Source of the DNA: Squalus acanthias
Lineage: Eukaryota
Assembly (NCBI GenBank): GCA_030390025.1
Contig: CM059432.1
Span: 43,836,001-43,900,000, forward strand
Direction of reading: 5' to 3'
DNA length: 64,000 nucleotides
Numbering within the stretch: the stretch's first letter is position 1; each line of letters starts with the position of its first letter. A program made the translations under genes and the position numbers. A model generated the notes under the pieces. The model was not told where the DNA came from. It made no database searches and saw nothing but the letters and a program-made list of their open reading frames with translations. Positions 13,319-26,601 of this stretch are shown piece after piece.

Positions 13319-16300
13319 GGGAATCACAAATCAGAGCGTGGCAGGAAGGGACAGAGTGTGTGGAGTAAAAGGTAAAGTGGTAAAAAGTGAGAAAGCAGGA
13401 ACTAAGTGCCACAAAGCATATTTGAAAGTTCTCTATCTGAATGCACGTAGCATTCGTAACAAAATAGACGAGTTAATGGCACAAATAACTACATATGGTT
13501 ATGATATTGTGGCCATTACAGAAACATGGCTGCAGGGTGACAATGCCTGGGAATTAAACATACCAGGTTATTTAACGATCAGGAAGGACAGGCAGGAAGG
13601 AAGGGGAGGTGGGGTGGCTATGTTAATAAAGGAAGGAATCACTGTAATACAGAGTAATGATATTGGGTCAAAAAATCATGATAATGAAACAGTTTGGGTG
13701 GAGATAAGGAATAATAAGGGGAAAAAAACACTAGTGGGCGTAGTCTATAGGCCTCCGAACAGTTGCAACTCTGTTGGACGGAGTATCAATCAGGAAATAG
13801 TTGAGGCATGTAATAAGGGAACATCTATAATTATGGGGGATTTTAACTATCATATTAATTGGACAAATCAAATGGGGCAGGGCTGCCTTGAGGATGAGTT
13901 CATTGAGTGTATTAGGGATGGGTTTCTTGAGCAGTATGTAACTGAACCGACCAGGGGGCAAGCAACCTTAGATCTGGTCCAGTGTAACGAGACAGGATTA
14001 ATTAAAAATGTCCTAGTAAAGGATCCCCTTGGAATGAGTGACCATAACATGGTTGAATTCCATATTCAATTAGAGGGTGAGAAGGTTGGATCTCAAACAA
14101 GCGTGCTAAGCTTGAATAAAGGAGACTATGAAGGTATGCGAGCGGAATTGAGTAGAGTGGATTGGGAAAATAGATTAAAGGGTAAGACGACACATGATCA
14201 GTGGTGTACATTCAAGGAGTTATTTTACAACTTCCAAAAAATATATATTCCACTGAAAAGAAAAGGGTGTAAAAGAAAGGACAGTCATCCGTGGCTAAGT
14301 AAAGAAATTAAGGATAGTATTCGACTAAAAACAAGGGCATATAAGGTAGCGAAATCTAGTGGGAGGACAGAGGATTGGGAAAACTTTAAAAGGCAGCAAA
14401 AAATAACAAAAAGATTGATTAAGAAAGGGAAGATAGATTATGAAAGTAAATTAGCAAAAAATATAAAAACAGATAGTAAGAGTTTTTATAGTTATATAAA
14501 AAGAAAAAGGGTGGCTAAAGTAAATGTTGGTCCTTTAGAGGATGAGACCGGGAAATTAATGGTGGGAAATATGGAGATGGCAAAAACACTGAATCAATAT
14601 TTTGTATCAGTCTTTACAGTAGAGGACACTAAGAATATCCCAACACTGGACAAACAGGGGGCTATAGGGGGAGAGGAGCTAAACACGATCAAAATCACTA
14701 AGGAAGTGGTACTCGGTAAAATAATGGGACTCAAGGCGGATAAATCACCTGGACCTGATGGCTTACATCCTAGAGTCTTGAAGGAAGTGGCGGTAGGGAT
14801 TGTAAATGCATTGGTAATAATTTTTCAAAACTCCCTGGATTCGCTAAGGTCCCGGCAGACTGGAAAACTGCTAATGTAACACCCTTATTTAAAAAGGGCA
14901 GTAGACAGAAGGCTGGTAACTATAGACCGGTTAGCCTAACATCTGTGGTAGGTAAAATTTTGGAGTCCATTATTAAGGAAACAGTAACAGGACATTTGGA
15001 TAATCATAATTTAATAGGACAAAGTCAGCATGGTTTTACGAAGGGGAAGTCATGTTTGACAAATTTGCTGGAGTTCTTTGAGGAAGTAACATATAGAGTG
15101 GATAAAGGGGAACCAGTGGACGTAGTGTATTTAGACTTCCAAAAGGCATTTGACAAGGTGCCACACAAAAGATTATTGCTTAAGGTAAAAAATCACGGGA
15201 TTGGGGGTAATATTCTGGCATGGATAGAGGATTGGCTATCTAACAGAAAGCAAAGAGTTGGGATAAATGGTTCATTCTCAGACTGGCAATCAGTAACTAG
15301 TGGTGTTCCACAGGGGTCAGTGCTGGGTCCCCAACTCTTTACAATCTATATTAACGATTTGGAGGAAGGGACCAAGTGTAACATATCAAAATTTGCAGAT
15401 GATACAAAGATGGGAGGGAAAGTAGTGAGTGAGGAGGACATAAAAAACCTGCAAGGGGACATAGACAGGCTAAGTAAGTGGGCAGAGATTTGGCAGATGG
15501 AATACAACACTGGAAAGTGTGAGGTGATGCACTTTGGCAGGAAAAATCCTAGAGCAATTTATTATCTTAATGGCAAGAAACTGGAGAGTACTGAAGTGCA
15601 AAGGGATCTGGGGGTCCTGGTGCACGAAACTCAAAAGGTTAGTATGCAGGTGCAGCAAGTGATTAAGAAGGCAAATGGAATGTTGGCTTTCATTGCTAGG
15701 GGGATAGAATATAAAAATAGGGAGGTATTGCTTCAGTTGTACAAGGTATTGGTGAGACCGCACCTGGAATACTGCATACAGTTTTGGTGTCCTTACTTAA
15801 GAAAAGACATACTTGCTCTCGAGGCAGTGCAAAAAAGGTTCACTCGGTTAATCCCGGGGATGAGGGGGTGGTCATATGAGGAGAGGTTGGGTAGATTGGG
15901 ACTCTACTCATTGGAGTTCAGAAGAATGAGAGGCGATCTTATTGAAACATATAAGATTGTGAAGGGGTTGGATCGGGTGGATGCGGGGAGGATGTTCCCG
16001 ATGACGGGTGAGACTAGAACTAGGGGACATAGTCTTAGAATAAGGGGCTGCTCTTTCAAAACTGAGATGAGGAGGAACTACTTCACTCAGAGGGTGGTAG
16101 GTCCACGGAATATGCTGCCACAAAAAGCTGTAGAAGCTACATCATTAAATAAATTTAAAACAGAAATAGACAGTTTCCTAGAAGTAAAGGGCATTAAGGG
16201 TTACGGGGAGCGGGCAGGAATTTGGACATGAGTCTAGGTTCGGATCGGTCATGGCCCTATGGGTAGCGGAGCGGGCCCAGGGACCGTGTAGCCTGATTCT

Positions 16301-16470
16301 GCTCCTATTTCGTGTGTGCAATTCTGTTAGATACAGGAGATGGTTCTGTGATAGATAGTAGATTGGCGGTTAGGATCAGATCAGCCATGATCTTATTGAA
16401 TGGCGGAGCAGGCTCGAGGGGCCGATTGGCCTACTCCTGCTCCTATTTCTTATGTTCTTATGTTCTTATG
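13319..16470 (+). mobile_element. CR1 (HER1-like) LINE with near-complete ORF2 (APE endonuclease + RT), one frameshift near 14850
   Basis: YLNARS, ITETW, GVVYRPP, MGDFN and SDHN endonuclease motifs; PQGSVLGP and FADDT RT motifs; (ttcttatg)3 tail. Confidence 0.95.
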
Positions 16471-18119
16471 ATAGCGGGCTTCTGCATGGTGCAGGGATTG
16501 TGGGACCACCTCAGGAGGAGGAAGAGGGAGAGGAGTAGGAGGACAAGGACAAGGACAAGGAGGAAGAGGAAGATGAGGAAGAGGAGGAGGAGGAGAAACA
16601 AGAGCAAGGGAGGAGGCAGCCACTCAATCAGTCTTCTGGAAGGGCGGTCCGTGACCGCTTCATCAGACTGTGGTTCCAATAAATTAAACCCCAGATCCCC
16701 GTTGCTCACCACATCATTCCATTCCTGTCGCAGGCCATATCACAGCGCAAAAATGAATTGAGAGACACCACAAAATCATCCAAAGCCAATTAATAAATTT
16801 ATGAATAATCAATGAGCACATATTTACAACAACAACATTCATTATTCTCCCTTGTGCAATCCCTCAGTGCCTGTCATTACTGTGCCTTTTCCAATCTAGA
16901 GCTCCTACGAAGTGTTGGCCCAGTGGCTGCAGCACGGCGGGTGGAAGGCTGCCAAGTGTCCGTGCAGGAGACTTCAAATGACCTTGCAGGAAGCTCTTGA
17001 CCAGCTCTGGGCCTGGAAGGCCCGGCTGTAGACTGCACCACCTCAGCCTGGGCGGCAGCAGTCTAGGCTGGCTGGATGACAGGCAGCGACAAGGGTAATG
17101 GCGGAGTGCCAGTGGTGGGAGCAAGAACACTGCCATCCTGAGAGAGGACAGCAGCTCCCTGCTCCACTGACCCACTGCCACTCCCCCGGGGCAGCACCTC
17201 AGCATCACTACCAATCTGCTGGAGCACAGATTGCTGGCCTGCTGAGAAGGCGTGAAAGCCCCGGTGGACGGTGGTCAACCCAGCCACGATGGCAGCAGTC
17301 AGAGCTTGCGTGGCATCAAGCTGAGACTGCATGAGAGCAGTCTGAGATTCGATGGCACCAACCATAGACTGCATTACAGCACTAAGACGTTGCGTCGTTT
17401 CCGCCTGTGCTGCAATGGAAGCTGCGACATCGCACATCACACGCAGCATGAGGTCTGGTTCCCCTACGATCTCTCTGGGAGACCACCATCCTTTGCAGAC
17501 TGCAAATGATGGGCTCCATGGTGTGCGCAGAGCTCTGTGCAATGTTGGAGGCGGACTCCTCCACGCTCCTTACCATTGCCGAGAGGCTCTCAGGGCACCC
17601 TTGCCATTGCACCTATCATCTCCGTGTGCATGCCCTTCACCCTTCTTCTATAGGCCTACCCATTCAAGTCCTCATCGGAGTCCTGTGCAGCAGAACTCGC
17701 ACACAAATTCGCCCTCCGGGGAGCTGGCCCCCGAGCTACCCTTTCCCCCTGGCTTGCTGCAGCCCACTCGTCCCCAATGCCTCACCCTGTGCAGATCCTG
17801 CTACTATACTAGCCTCTAAAGATTGCGTAGGGCCAGTGTCTGAGCTGGTGCCTGCGGGTGAGACATGCAGTGACGCGGTGTGTTCTTCCTCCTCCTCTTC
17901 TTCCACCTCACTCTCTGCAGTGCCATCAGGGAAAGTCTGCTCAGGTGCTTGCTCATTATCTGAAAGCATAAAGGCACAAGAGTCGGGTTAAGGTGAGGAG
18001 AGGGGGCGGGAAGAGAGAAAGGCATGCATACAGCATGATTAGCTGGAAAGTGGGAAAGGCTTGTGGGGTGAGGGGGAAGTGGGATGTGAGAAGAATGAGT
18101 AGGGATAAACATACCATTG

Positions 18120-21096
18120 TTAGAACATAACAACATAAGAAATAGGAGCAGGAGTAGGCCATTCGACCCTTTGAGCCTGCTCTGCCATTCAATGAGATCA
18201 TGGCTGATCTTCTGCCTCAACTCCATTCATCGGCCCTATCGCCATATCCCTTGATGCCCTTACTAGTCAGGAATCTATCGACTTCTGTTTTGAATATAGC
18301 CAATGACTGAGCCTCCACAGCCCTCTGGGGTAGTGAATTCTCTTCTCATCTCAGTCCTGAATGGCCTACCCTTTATCCTGAGGCTGTGGCCCCTGGTTCT
18401 AGACTCCCCAGCCAAGGGAAACATTCTCCCAGCATCCACCCTGTCAAGCCCTGTAATAATTTTGTATGCTTCAATGAGATCCCCTCTCATTCTTCTGAAT
18501 TCAAGAGAATACAGGCCTAGTTTACTCAATCTCTTCTCATACAACAGTCCCGCTATCCCAGGAATCAATCTCGTGAACCTTCGTTGCACTCCCTCTATGG
18601 CAAGTATATCCTTCCTTAGGTAAGGAGACCAAAATTGTACACAGTACTCCAGGTGTGGTCTCACCAAGGCCTGATATAATTGGAGTAAGACTTCTTTACT
18701 CCTGTACTCAAATCCTCTTGTAATGAAGGCCAGCATACCATTTGCCTTCCTAATGGCTTGCTGCACCTGCACATTTACTTTCTCATGTACAAGGACTCCC
18801 AGGTCCCTTTGAGCATCTGCATTCCCCAATCTTTCACCATTTAGGAAATACTCTGCCTTTCTGTTTTTTCTACCAAAGTGGATAACTTCACATTTATCCA
18901 CATTATATTCCATCTGCCATGTTCTCGCCCACTCACTGAGCCTGTCGAGATCCCCTTGAAGACTCTTCACATTCTCTTCACAACTGACACTCCCACCTAG
19001 CTTTGTATCATCAGCAAATTTGGAAATGTTACATTTAGTCCCCTCATCCAAATCATTGATATAGATTGTGAATAGCTCGGGCCCAAGCACCGATCCTTGC
19101 GGTACCCCACTAGTCACAGCCTGTCATCCTGAAAAAGACCCGTTTATCCCTACTCTTTGTTTTCTGTCTGTTAACCAATTCTCAATCCATGCTAGTATAT
19201 TACCCCCAATTCCATGTGCCCTAACTTTGTTCACCAACCTCTTGTGTGGGACCTTATCGAAGGCCTTCTGAAAATCCAAATACACCACATCTACCTGTTC
19301 CTCTTTGTCTACTCCACTAGTTACATCCTCAAAGAACTCCAATAGGTTTGTTAAACAGGATTTCCCTTTCATAAATCCATGTTGACTCTGCCCAATCTTA
19401 CTATTAGTTTCTAAGTGCCCAGTTATTACATCCTTTATAATAGATTCCAGCATTTTCCCAACTACTGATGTGAGGCTAACAGGCCTGTAGTTCCCCGTTT
19501 TCTCTCTCCCTCCTTTCTTAAATAGCGGGGTTACATTTGCTATCCTCCAATCTGCAGGAACCATTCCAGAATCTATAGAATTTTGGAAGATGACAACCAA
19601 TGCGTCCACTATCCCAATGGCCACCTCTTTCAAAACCCTAGGATGTAGGTCATCCGGTCCTTGGGAGTTATCGACTTTTAGTTCCATTAATTTTGCTAGT
19701 ACTGTTTTTTTCCTAATGTTGGCCCAGAAATTCGCCTCTCCGGCTTGCCACTGGGGTAAGGATCGCGCGCGCTCTTACCTACAGCGCCTGCTGTTGTGTT
19801 TTGGGCCCACAGGAACTTCGGGTCCTGGGCCTCTCCCAACTGCCGGCGCGCAGTGCTTGCGTGTTCCAGGGGCGCAGTTAGTGCGATGCGTCCCCTGGGA
19901 TCATGTGGGCTATGGAGAGCCAATGGCAGCAGACCATCTTTCATTCATAGATTTGACAGGAGACCTGTCAAATCTGTGAATTGAAATCAGCCCCAAAAGA
20001 ACAGCTAAACTTATAATAATTTTTTTAAAAAACCATCACATTTATAAAATAACTATAGTTAAATAAATTAACCACTTTAAACAAAAATTTTAATTTTTGA
20101 AAAAATTAAAATACTTTTTAAAAGTTATAAAAATAAAAATACTTTTCTTTAAAGTATCTAAAAAAGATAAACCTATTGAAAAAAATTTAAAATTATACTT
20201 AATTAACCACTTACCTTGTTCAAAATGGGTCTTACGCCTCCTTTTCATTAGCGTAGTATCTTCAATACTTACCCTCGCGTAGAAACCTGAAAAAAAATCT
20301 AAGTGTGCTGCGTGCGTGCAGCCTCTAGCGTGCACGCGGTTCACCTAGGAACCGCCCCCTTCACCATACCGGAAGTTCCGGTTTCCCGCGCATGCGCAGT
20401 GCATGCAGGAAACCGGCACTTCGGGAAGCTATACGGGTGAGTACAGAGCGCGTACTCACCCGGGAAGGGCCGAATTTTTGGGCCAGTAATTTCTTTAAGT
20501 TCCTCATTCTCGCCACACCCTTGGTTTTCTTGTATTTCTGGGAGGTTTTTTGTGTCTTCCTCCGTGAAGACAGAAACAAAGTATTTATTTAATTTCTCGA
20601 CCATTTCCTCATTCCCCGTTATAAATTCTCCCGTCTCTGACTGTAAAGGACCTACATTTACCTTCACCAGTCTTTTCCTTTTCACATACCTATAGAAGCT
20701 TTTACAATCCGTTTTTATATTTTTTGCTAGTTTGTGCTCATTCCATTTATTCCATTTTCCTATTCTTTATCAATTTCTTGGTCCCCCTTTGCTGATTTCT
20801 AAAAAGATCCCAATCCTCAGGCTGACCGCTTTTTCTGGCAACTTTATAAGCTTCCTCCTTTGACTTAATACTAGCTTTAATTTCTTTTGTTAGCCATGGT
20901 TGGATCACTTTTCCTTTTGGGTTTTTACGCCCTAGAGGAATATATGTTTGTTGCAAATTATGCATTATTTCCTTGAATGTTAGCCATTGTATGTCCACCT
21001 TCATACCTTTTAGTGTAGTCTCCCAATCCTCCATGGCCGACTTGTCCCTCATACCCTTGTAGTTTCCTCTGTTTAGATTGAAGACCTTAGTTTCAG
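18120..21096 (-). mobile_element. CR1 LINE (5'-truncated) inserted at the exon 2 donor of the H2 Myb gene
   Basis: RT ORF pieces 18275-19687 and 20341-21052; TSD attg (18116-18119 / 21097-21100). Confidence 0.92.
19721..20484. mobile_element. Harbinger MITE nested in CR1
   Basis: TIRs ggcccagaaattcg / cgaatttttgggcc; CR1 reading frame resumes on either side. Confidence 0.8.
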
Positions 21097-22199
21097 ATTG
21101 GACCCAAAGGGGTCAACATCACTGGTGGCCACAGCACCCACCACCTGGTGCCCAATGATTTGCAGCACTCTTTCTTCCAGCTCAGAAAGTGGTTGGGTGT
21201 CAAGTTGTCCCCAGCCTGTGCGCTCCTGCTCCCTCCTGTTGTGAGCGACCTTGGCCTGCAAGAGAAAGGAAAGTGTGTGAGTGAATGTGGAGCAATGTGT
21301 TTGGGAGATGTGCCTGCCATAGTTGAACAGCTGTCATTGTGTGCAAGGTGTGAGATGTGGGTGTGAGTGTTGGTCGGTAGAGATTGTTGGTGGGTGAGTG
21401 TTGGGGGTCTCGTGCTTTGGGCAGTGTTTGCAGACTGAGGTTCAGATGGTGGTATGTAGCATTTGTTGAAGCATTGACTCACCCTGACCACCCGAATGAG
21501 GTCGTTAAATTTCTTCCTGCACTGTGTGTGGGTTCTGGGGACCACAGTGCTGCCAGAGACGTGCTGCACTACCTCCCTCCACATGGTGCGGAAGACTTGT
21601 GGCGAGGGCCTCCTGCCACTTGCCGGGTAGAGCACCGCCCTCCATCCCTCCACAGTGAAAACCAAAGCCTCCAATGCTTCATCGCAGAATCTGCAGGCTC
21701 TCTCCCTGGGGTGTGGATCTGCCATAATGACACCTCCTTCAGTGGTCTGGTTCCTTCTCCTTGGTCTTCTGCTGCTTGCTGAGACAGCTGCAGAACCAGC
21801 AATGCTGAGAATGAGGTTCTGCAGCATGATTGAACCTCCCCTTTAAGGACTGGAAAGAGCCTGTGGCAATGATGACTAGCGATTCGACTGCACCTGAAGT
21901 TGCTTAGAGCTTTGAGTCTAACGCCACTGAGCTAGGCTGTTAGCGCTTGATTTAGCGCTCCAGTCCTTTCTTAGAGCGCTGACACTTAATTTAGCTTGCA
22001 GCAAGATTCATTAGTGCCTGGCGCTAAATCTCAAACTTTTCAGAAGTTAGCGCCCATTCTTGGGCTGTAATGAATTTCTCCCCCATATTGTCCTAGCACC
22101 CATATCAGCAAACTCTAAGGGACTAAGTGGCTAGCTCTTTCAGAGAGCTGGTACAGGTGCGATGGGCCAAATGGCCTCCTCTGTACCATAAAATTCTAT

Positions 22200-23092
22200 G
22201 GGGGAGAAATTCAGTATCGCCCCATTTGGGGCGCAATTATCGGCCGGGCGCAAAGATTAGCGCCTGGCGCTAATTATCGCCACCGACTGCAAACTTGACT
22301 TTTATCGCCCCTGGAGGTGATTGGAGCGCAAAATCAGGCGCTTCACACCTGTCTTAAGGCACAAAGGCCGAGGAGCGAGGCGCTACCTCAGAGCGCTGGC
22401 GAAGCTCATGTAATGTCAGTCAGCAATGGAACACACACACAATGGCACGGGCCAGTTCTTTAAGGGGATGGTTAATCTTGCTTTCCATCCACATCCTGCT
22501 CATTGCAGCCTTGAATCTCGGCCTGGAGAGACCTGCACATCAAATCTGCTGGAAAGAACAATGGAGAGTACCAGGCAAAGAGCTCAGAGTGCAGCCCCCA
22601 CAGTCTCTTCTAAATCGATACAAGGAATGGCAAATCAAAATGAACCTGCAAAGTGCTGCTCAGTACCCAAAACTCCTTCACACAACGTTGAATCTCTCCA
22701 GAAGTCTCTCTCTCTCTCTCTCAGAATGCGTAGTTAAAAAATGGCACCAACAATAAAAGGCAGGAAGCGGTCACCTTTAAATAGCGCTCCCTCTTTCCCT
22801 TCATGACTGCAGAACGCTCCCCTCAACCTGTCGTTGCTAGCGTCAGGCGGTAAGGCAGGGGGCGCCACTCAATATCCGCTCCGGGGCGATACCGGGGCGT
22901 TGCGCACTCGACTGACGTCACGATCTGCCGGCGCAGGAGATCGTGGCGGTAGTGTTTAGCGCCGCCGCAAAATGTCTAGTTAATTTCGCGAGCGGCGCAA
23001 ACTTCACCGCGCCTGGGCGCTAGATGCTTTGCGCCCCATTAGCGCCCTCTTAAGGCGCTAACGGGAGGCGCAACCAACTGAATTTTTCCCCG
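22200..23092 (-). mobile_element. Non-autonomous Harbinger H3 (H2-like ends, inverted) inserted in a CR1 tail
   Basis: TIRs gggggagaaattca / tgaatttttccccg; TSD tat/tat; CpG-rich termini. Confidence 0.85.
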
Positions 23093-23867
23093 TATGATTC
23101 TATGGAGCCCTGCTCAAATAACTGTATTTGTTTTGGAGCGAGGCACTGAGCATAAGTTTTACACAATGATGAATCTACGGTGGCCAATAAAAACAAGGGA
23201 ATGTTAGATAGTGGCTTGATGAATGCAGTTCCAGTGCATTCCCGTACCTCTCACTGCCTGACTGGGGCCACTAACATCAATAAAGCAAATGAGGTAACTG
23301 CCTTGCTAACCATTAGTCTCCCTCTACTCAATTCCCAAATCCACCCAGCTACAAATTTGACTTGCAAGTACTGGATTCAAACCTATTCGCTTTTTGCTAT
23401 CCAGCAGCAGAAAGCAGGAGAACAGCTATTAGGAAGTGCAGCTATCCCAACTCCCATATAAATGGAAAAATCTCTCTGTTACAGCAATACAGTTAGTAAA
23501 GCCTTCTCAGTCACTCACCCTATGGAAGATGGGGCTATTCCATCTTCTGTAGCACGTGTTCATTTACCTCTGTTTTTGGTCATTTCTCCTAGATTTCTAC
23601 GAACCGTGTACTGGTTGGCTTGTTCAAAGGTTGAGAGGACTGACTAGAATGGGGGAACGGAGCACATGCAATGGGAATGGGGCTACAAATTTTCAGAAGA
23701 GGGCAGAGTACGTTATTGTAAGTATCGGAATTTTGGGTACTAGAAGAGTGTGTTTCATTAAAATGACGTGACCCCATTTTGCTGACATAAAGTATACCAA
23801 TGTACTGACAATCAATTTATTTGTCAAAGTATCTGATTCAAAATGATAGTACTGTGACTTAAATATT

Positions 23868-24491
23868 GGGGTAGAAATTGCTTACGGCCTGTTTATGGAT
23901 CTATGACCAGCGGCACCGCCCCAACTAGGAGGCCTGAGGCAGGCCAGAAATGAGTTCTCGGACATCATTATAATTATTTGGGTGAGCTGCCAACACCAGT
24001 CGCGCCTCCAGAGGCAGCTCAGCCCTTTTCTAAAAATGAATGCTGGGCTGCTTCTCTCACTGGCAGGGGGGGTTGCAGCTCCAACAAGGGGGAGGGTACG
24101 ATCGCAAGTGCTGTGGAGTTGGGGGAGCACACCTGCCCCTCCTGGCTCCACAGCAATGATTTCTGAATTTTTTAAACAAAATAAACATACCTTTTGTCAG
24201 CGCCCACGGGGGCCGCTGAAGAATCCCGAGCGGAGCTCCTGCTCTGTTCATCACCAACCAATTTTGGCAAGGGGACCGAAAACAGGCTTTAGGCCCCTCA
24301 TTTGCATATGTAAGGGGCCTAACGCATGTTTTAGGTGGCTGCCAGGGATGCCTGAAAATGTGTCTGATCACTTCAGCAGCGGCCCCAACGCGAGCGCAGA
24401 TCGGGTGCGGGCCATCCCACTGCTAAATTGGTCAACGTGGTGCCTGTTTTTCGGGCAACAAATGGGCCCAACGTGTGCCAATTTCTACCCG
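23868..24491. mobile_element. Harbinger MITE
   Basis: TIRs ggggtagaaattg / caatttctacccg; TSD att/att. Confidence 0.8.
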
Positions 24492-24691
24492 ATTCTGTTT
24501 AGCGAGGTATTTTAAAATAGCAATTTAGAAAGAAAATGCACAGTCAGATAAGAATAAAGAAATGAAAAGTAAATAAAATATATACTGTTCCTTTATTCTC
24601 TTTGTAAAAGAAAAAGCAGAAAGAATTTATGTATTACATAATTTATTTCAAATCTTTGCAAAGGACACCTCCCAATAGCTAAAAACAGCTA

Positions 24692-25415
24692 GGGGTAGAG
24701 TTTCCACTTGTTTCCGTTAGTTTTGTGTCCAGATTCCAGCGCAATCGACCAAACCAGTGCAAAAGATCGGGGAATTTAAAATGTGAGTTACACCCAAAAA
24801 CACTTACGCTCGTGTTTTCCATGATTTTTTAGCTGGTTCAAGATTCATTTTGCCCAAATCAGGGCCCGCCCACAAACCTAGCCACGCCCCCCAGGTCAAT
24901 ATTGTGAGAGTCCGGCAATTGTGCTGATTCGGGAAGGCTCTTCCGATTGTGCTCATTTTCTCTGGTGTTCAGGCACTAGTAGGCACATTTCAGAAGCTTT
25001 TTCATATCAAAAAATATTCAATTTACTAAGAAACTGTCTAGTGTATACCAACGAAACCGTTAAACGGTTCAGTATAGTTTTCTTTAAAGTAATTTTTAGT
25101 GATGTTAAATCCGATTACTCCCAGGTGGACACCCTTACAAAAAATGCTTATTTTTTGTGATAAACCCATTTTCAGCTGTATTAATTAAACTGCACCACCT
25201 TACCACTCTTAAATACATGAAGGAATACTTTTAATGCAAAAAAACCGAATTTCATTCTGTTATGCTGCTCAATTGCACTTGTTCATGCAAGATTTTACGC
25301 TTGTGATTATGCAAAAAAAATTTAACGGAAACTTGAACTGTAACCTAACCAGTGCAATTTCAAGCGCATTTCGGGCGCAATTTCCTGATTGCACTCAAAA
25401 TGGAAACTCTACCCC
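24692..25415. mobile_element. Harbinger MITE
   Basis: Perfect 15-bp TIR ggggtagagtttcca; TSD cta/cta. Confidence 0.85.
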
Positions 25416-26601
25416 CTAGTGTACAACGATACCTTGTTGGTAAAGGTTTTTTAAATTTCATTTACACTATGAATAGATTAAGGATTGTTTTCATTTTATA
25501 ATGGTCATTGTGGTAAACAGAAACCCAACTGTCGAAGCCCAGCTCATTGATTAATCAGTTCTCAGCATCCTTATTTCTGCAGCAATCCATTCCCGAGTCA
25601 TTTAAACCCTTGACTCTTGGCTTCCTCTGTGCCCTGCCAAAGTGGAGTCCAGGCTCATTATGGTGCAACTCTTCTTGTACATGGGCATTGCTGCTTTCTC
25701 CCAAGGTTTCCAGCTGAACTGGTTTACACTGGCTCTTTCACTTAGCTGTCAAGGCATTTGTTCACAACCCTTTATTTGACTGGGTTTGTGCTGTTCACAA
25801 TTCGTAGTTGGGGAGCAAAATTGTGCCACCCATTGTTTTGTTAACTTGGAAGAGTCATGACCTTCAGTTAGTTCAGAGCTTGTGGCCTATGACCCCAATT
25901 AGGATGTAGGTTAGCGTGCAACCTGTCATGTTGGTTTAATTCATTTGGTGCATGCATCATGCTGCTTTACCAGCTGTGTGTGTGATGTGCATTGTTGTCT
26001 ATGTGGAACTGGGCTTAAATAAAATTGAACTAAAAACATTTATTTTACAAGAACATATGAAAATGACAGACAGGAATAGACAAACTGGTCCATCTATTCT
26101 GTCCCATATAGTTTTGATGCCTTACATCACAGACACTCCCTACCCACATGGAGTCATGTAATCTCTTGGGAAAAACAAAAAAAGTTAAAAACCCAGGCCA
26201 ATTAAGGAAAAAATAATCTGGAAAATTCCTCCCTTTAGGTGATCAAAACTAGTCCAGGAGATCAGATTGGGCATGATTTATATTACACAGTACCTACCTC
26301 TTGTACGAGATGATCTCCGCCACACTGGTCCAGCTGTCTTGAGGAATACAGTCAATCAGCGTTCACCTTACGAGCCGGCAACCTGTTCCACAGGCCCACT
26401 ATTCTCCGAGAAATGAAGAACTGCCCAACATCCAACCTATTCAGTTGAAATAATTGGTCCACATAAGCACAGTCTAGTCCCTTCATTATTTAGAAACCGC
26501 GATCAAATCGCCTGAGTCTACACTTCTCTAAAGAATTCAGATTCAGATCTTTCAGCCAATCTGGGTAACTAAGGTATTTGAAACTGGGAATCAAGATCAC
26601 T

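Larger units (their letters stand above)
12711..16682 (+). pseudogene. Harbinger (HARBI1-like) transposase of H2, split by CR1s, catalytic core deleted
   Basis: [20 protein letters not shown] motif in ORF 13045-13318; resumes after CR1 at 16471 (IAGFCMVQG) then jumps to the acidic tail. Confidence 0.85.
16840..21725 (-). pseudogene. 3-exon Myb/SANT-like gene of H2 (exons 21483-21725, ~21097-21255, ~16840-17959)
   Basis: MADPHPRERACRFCDEALEALV...WREVVQHV...QCRKKFNDL (Myb_DNA-bind_5-like); canonical gt/ag splice sites; acidic and coiled-coil-like exon 3 with frameshifts. Confidence 0.85.
12217..22084 (+). mobile_element. PIF/Harbinger element H2 expanded to 9.9 kb by nested insertions
   Basis: 14-bp TIRs ggggaagaaattca / tgaatttctccccc; TSD aca/ata; transposase (+) and Myb gene (-) convergent. 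Confidence 0.9.

Noticed and set aside
13045..14879. Transposase-endonuclease/RT fusion element
   Set aside because: The CR1 is a later insertion; the transposase resumes at 16471 and the frames differ
16510..16620. R-rich and L-rich ORFs
   Set aside because: Alternate frames of the (GAG)n poly-Glu transposase tail
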